A stretch of 30,216 nt of DNA from positions 1 to 30,216 of the forward strand of contig JBBQYG010000034.1 in the NCBI GenBank assembly GCA_038208905.1. The letters are read 5' to 3'. The DNA comes from Candidatus Sumerlaeia bacterium. Its GTDB lineage: Bacteria > Sumerlaeota > Sumerlaeia > SLMS01. The position numbers and the translations under genes were made by a program. Positions 28,175 to 30,216 of this stretch are shown piece by piece. Below the pieces are notes generated by a model. It searched no databases. It saw nothing but the letters and a program-made list of their open reading frames with translations, and was not told the origin of the DNA. Each line of letters opens with the position of its first letter. Position 1 is the stretch's first letter.

Positions 28175-29290
28175 CTAAGGCGTCCTCGCCCTCGCGATAT
28201 CCGAGCAGTCCAGCTTCCCATCCAGATTCAGATCGGTCCCTGCGGCAGCCATGCCGAGCACGCGGTCGACGATTCCGCGCGCGGGGTCGTCCAGCGCGCC
28301 CGGGGCCAGCGTATATCCAAGGTCCCTCAACAGTGCCCGCTCGAATCGGCGGAATGTGCGGTTGGCATAGTTGCGCGGAATCGCCGGCGTCATCAGCGCC
28401 GGGGCGCCGTCCTGACGCGCGGAGGAGTCCCAGTGGCTGATGCTGGAGCCCTGAACGAACCGTGTGGGCGTGTGAATTCCGGGGCAGAATCCGATCGAGC
28501 CGCCGACGTTGGAGGCGCAGAGGAACGCAGCCCCCTGGCCGCCGGCGAGGACGGAAGCGGGCACCTGGATCGTCGGCGGCGAGCCATCCCACAACCGGCT
28601 TCCGCTCGCCGCAAACAGCAGCTTGTCGTAGTTGGAAAACGTGAAGGTCGGGCTGGGGCCGCTCTGGATTGCGCTCGACCCCTGGGAGGTCGTCAGGCTG
28701 GCGACACCCAGTCCGTGGGCCGCCTCGTGCAGCAGCACGGTGAAGAGATCGTACTGATCGACGCGCGGATGTCCGATTCCCGAGTTCCATGTGGCGCCGA
28801 AATTCACCGTGATCTGCATGTCGGGAATCTCGGGAAACTGATCCACGCCGGTTGTTAGGCGCTCCAGCGAAAGGCCCCCCGTGAATCCATTGATGACCCG
28901 GTAGTAGGTGGAACCCGTTGCCAGCGTCGCGCTGCCGCTGTTCTCCGACGCCAGCGCCGCAACGTCCAGCACCCCATCGTTGTCGAGAATTGAATCCAGA
29001 TGCACGAGCACCGCCTCCAGCGTCGCGCGCCGCGTCGCGCCCTCCGCGGGATCGTCGAAGCCGATGCCCGTGTCCTGCTCCACGTCATCGTAACGGATGC
29101 GGAACTCGATCCCGCCGCCCGATCCGCGAAGGATCTTGGTGGGGGGGGCGGGTGCCGACTTGAACTCGCTGCTCTCCACATGACGCCATGCGCCGCCGAA
29201 TTGCATGACCGCCAGTCGCTCCGCCGAGGCGGCAGAGGCAACCGTCGCGGCGACGGCGACGGCGAGCAGTGCCTTTTCATGTCCCATCAT
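28175..29290 (-). CDS. Secreted zinc metallopeptidase (metzincin-like) with C-terminal dockerin/EF-hand-like tail
   Basis: Signal peptide ending ASA; LLHEAAHGLG, distal SSISHWD and ALMTP Met-turn; tail DLNLDGKLDCSD. Confidence 0.75.
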   Translation of the reverse strand: MMGHEKALLAVAVAATVASAASAERLAVMQFGGAWRHVESSEFKSAPAPPTKILRGSGGGIEFRIRYDDVEQDTGIGFDDPAEGATRRATLEAVLVHLDSILDNDGVLDVAALASENSGSATLATGSTYYRVINGFTGGLSLERLTTGVDQFPEIPDMQITVNFGATWNSGIGHPRVDQYDLFTVLLHEAAHGLGVASLTTSQGSSAIQSGPSPTFTFSNYDKLLFAASGSRLWDGSPPTIQVPASVLAGGQGAAFLCASNVGGSIGFCPGIHTPTRFVQGSSISHWDSSARQDGAPALMTPAIPRNYANRTFRRFERALLRDLGYTLAPGALDDPARGIVDRVLGMAAAGTDLNLDGKLDCSDIARARTP

Positions 29291-29392
29291 CAGGGGTCTC
29301 CCTCATCCCAAAGTCTACGCAGTGCCCCGATGCGCTGCGCCTATCGCTTAGCATGGTTGCTACCAGTCCTGCGACGGGCGCAACAAAGCCCG

Positions 29393-29893
29393 CTATCGTC
29401 CAAGAACCGCCCGCGCATCGGCCACCATTAACATCAGCGTCAGCGGCTCAATAGGCGACGGGGCGAATCCGTTCTCCACGTAGAACTCCTTCGCCTTTTC
29501 CGAAATCGCGTGAACCAGAATCGCACGAATGCCCGCCAGATCCGCGGCCTGCAGTGTGCGAAGCACGGCGTCCCGTAGCAGCGCCCGCCCTAGACCGCGC
29601 CCCTGGTGCGGGATGTCCACTGCCGGACGTCCCAGCACCATGACCGCTATCGGCTCTGGCATGTTTCGGCGCACCTTCCCCGTTGCGAGCGCCAGCGTGA
29701 CCGCCCCGGCGGCGAGGGAATAGTAGGCGACGACGCGGGATTCCTCGCAGGCGACGTAGGTACGCGACGCGCCAGATTCCAGATTCTTCGCCGCGCGGCG
29801 TCTAAGCCAATGGTCGAGTTCCGGCACGCCGCAGCCAAATCGCGACAGATCATGGTCGGGGGTCAACGGCTCCGGCGCCCTGATCGAGCTCAT
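29393..29893 (-). CDS. GNAT acetyltransferase, TacT/AtaT-like type II toxin family
   Basis: [36 protein letters not shown] acetyl-CoA motif, [20 protein letters not shown]. Confidence 0.88.
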   Translation of the reverse strand: MSSIRAPEPLTPDHDLSRFGCGVPELDHWLRRRAAKNLESGASRTYVACEESRVVAYYSLAAGAVTLALATGKVRRNMPEPIAVMVLGRPAVDIPHQGRGLGRALLRDAVLRTLQAADLAGIRAILVHAISEKAKEFYVENGFAPSPIEPLTLMLMVADARAVLGR

Positions 29894-30216
29894 ATTCTCT
29901 TCTTCTCGATGGTCTCATGGCGGAAAGAGAACAAGGGATTACCATTGATGTTGCTTACAGATATTTCACAACAGAACACAGGTCATTTATTGTGGCAGAT
30001 ACCCCGGGGCATGAACAGTATACAAGGAACATGGCTGTTGGCGCTTCTTTCGCAGATCTGGCTATTATTCTAGCCGATGCCACACAAGGGATACTTGTTC
30101 AAACGAAGCGTCATGCAAGAATTTGTTCTCTCATGGGTATTAAGCATTTTGTTCTCGCTGTGAATAAAATGGATTTAATCCATTTTGATCAGAATCGTTT
30201 TGAAGAAATCAAACAG
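29893..30216 (+). pseudogene. cysN: Headless internal fragment of sulfate adenylyltransferase subunit 1 (CysN/CysNC), running off the window
   Basis: Translated by hand: [52 protein letters not shown]...TKRH...AVNKMD. The N-terminal P-loop is absent and the codon usage is AT-rich. Confidence 0.88.

Overview
High-GC bacterial chromosomal window. The style of the pseudopilin and of the secreted-protein tails suggests Candidatus Sumerlaeota (BRC1); this is an inference. Left (minus strand): a compact sugar-utilisation locus of a secreted protein with a C-terminal TSVNDWMMY tail, a GspG-like prepilin, a ROK sugar kinase, a class I mannose-6-phosphate isomerase-like cupin and an ABC solute-binding protein (truncated). 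Next come a copZ-copA copper efflux pair and, divergent from it, a ~2,219-aa Thr/Gly/Ala-rich multidomain surface protein ending in the related tail TSIADWNLI, followed by a terminator and tRNA-Gly(CCC). Right half: an orphan ABC solute-binding protein, a minus-strand operon (GHL10-like, YfhO-like GT-C, lipoprotein, xylB, GH31), a bifunctional RelA/SpoT, a secreted HExxH metallopeptidase with a dockerin-like tail and an orphan GNAT toxin. The window ends in an AT-rich, headless cysN fragment that looks like a chimeric join. Main candidate novelty: a short C-terminal sorting motif (T-S-[VI]-x-D-W-x-[ML]) shared by two unrelated secreted proteins. One of them is paired with a pseudopilin at the head of a sugar locus, suggesting a PEP-CTERM/T9SS-analogous export tag and a pilin-based carbohydrate uptake locus.
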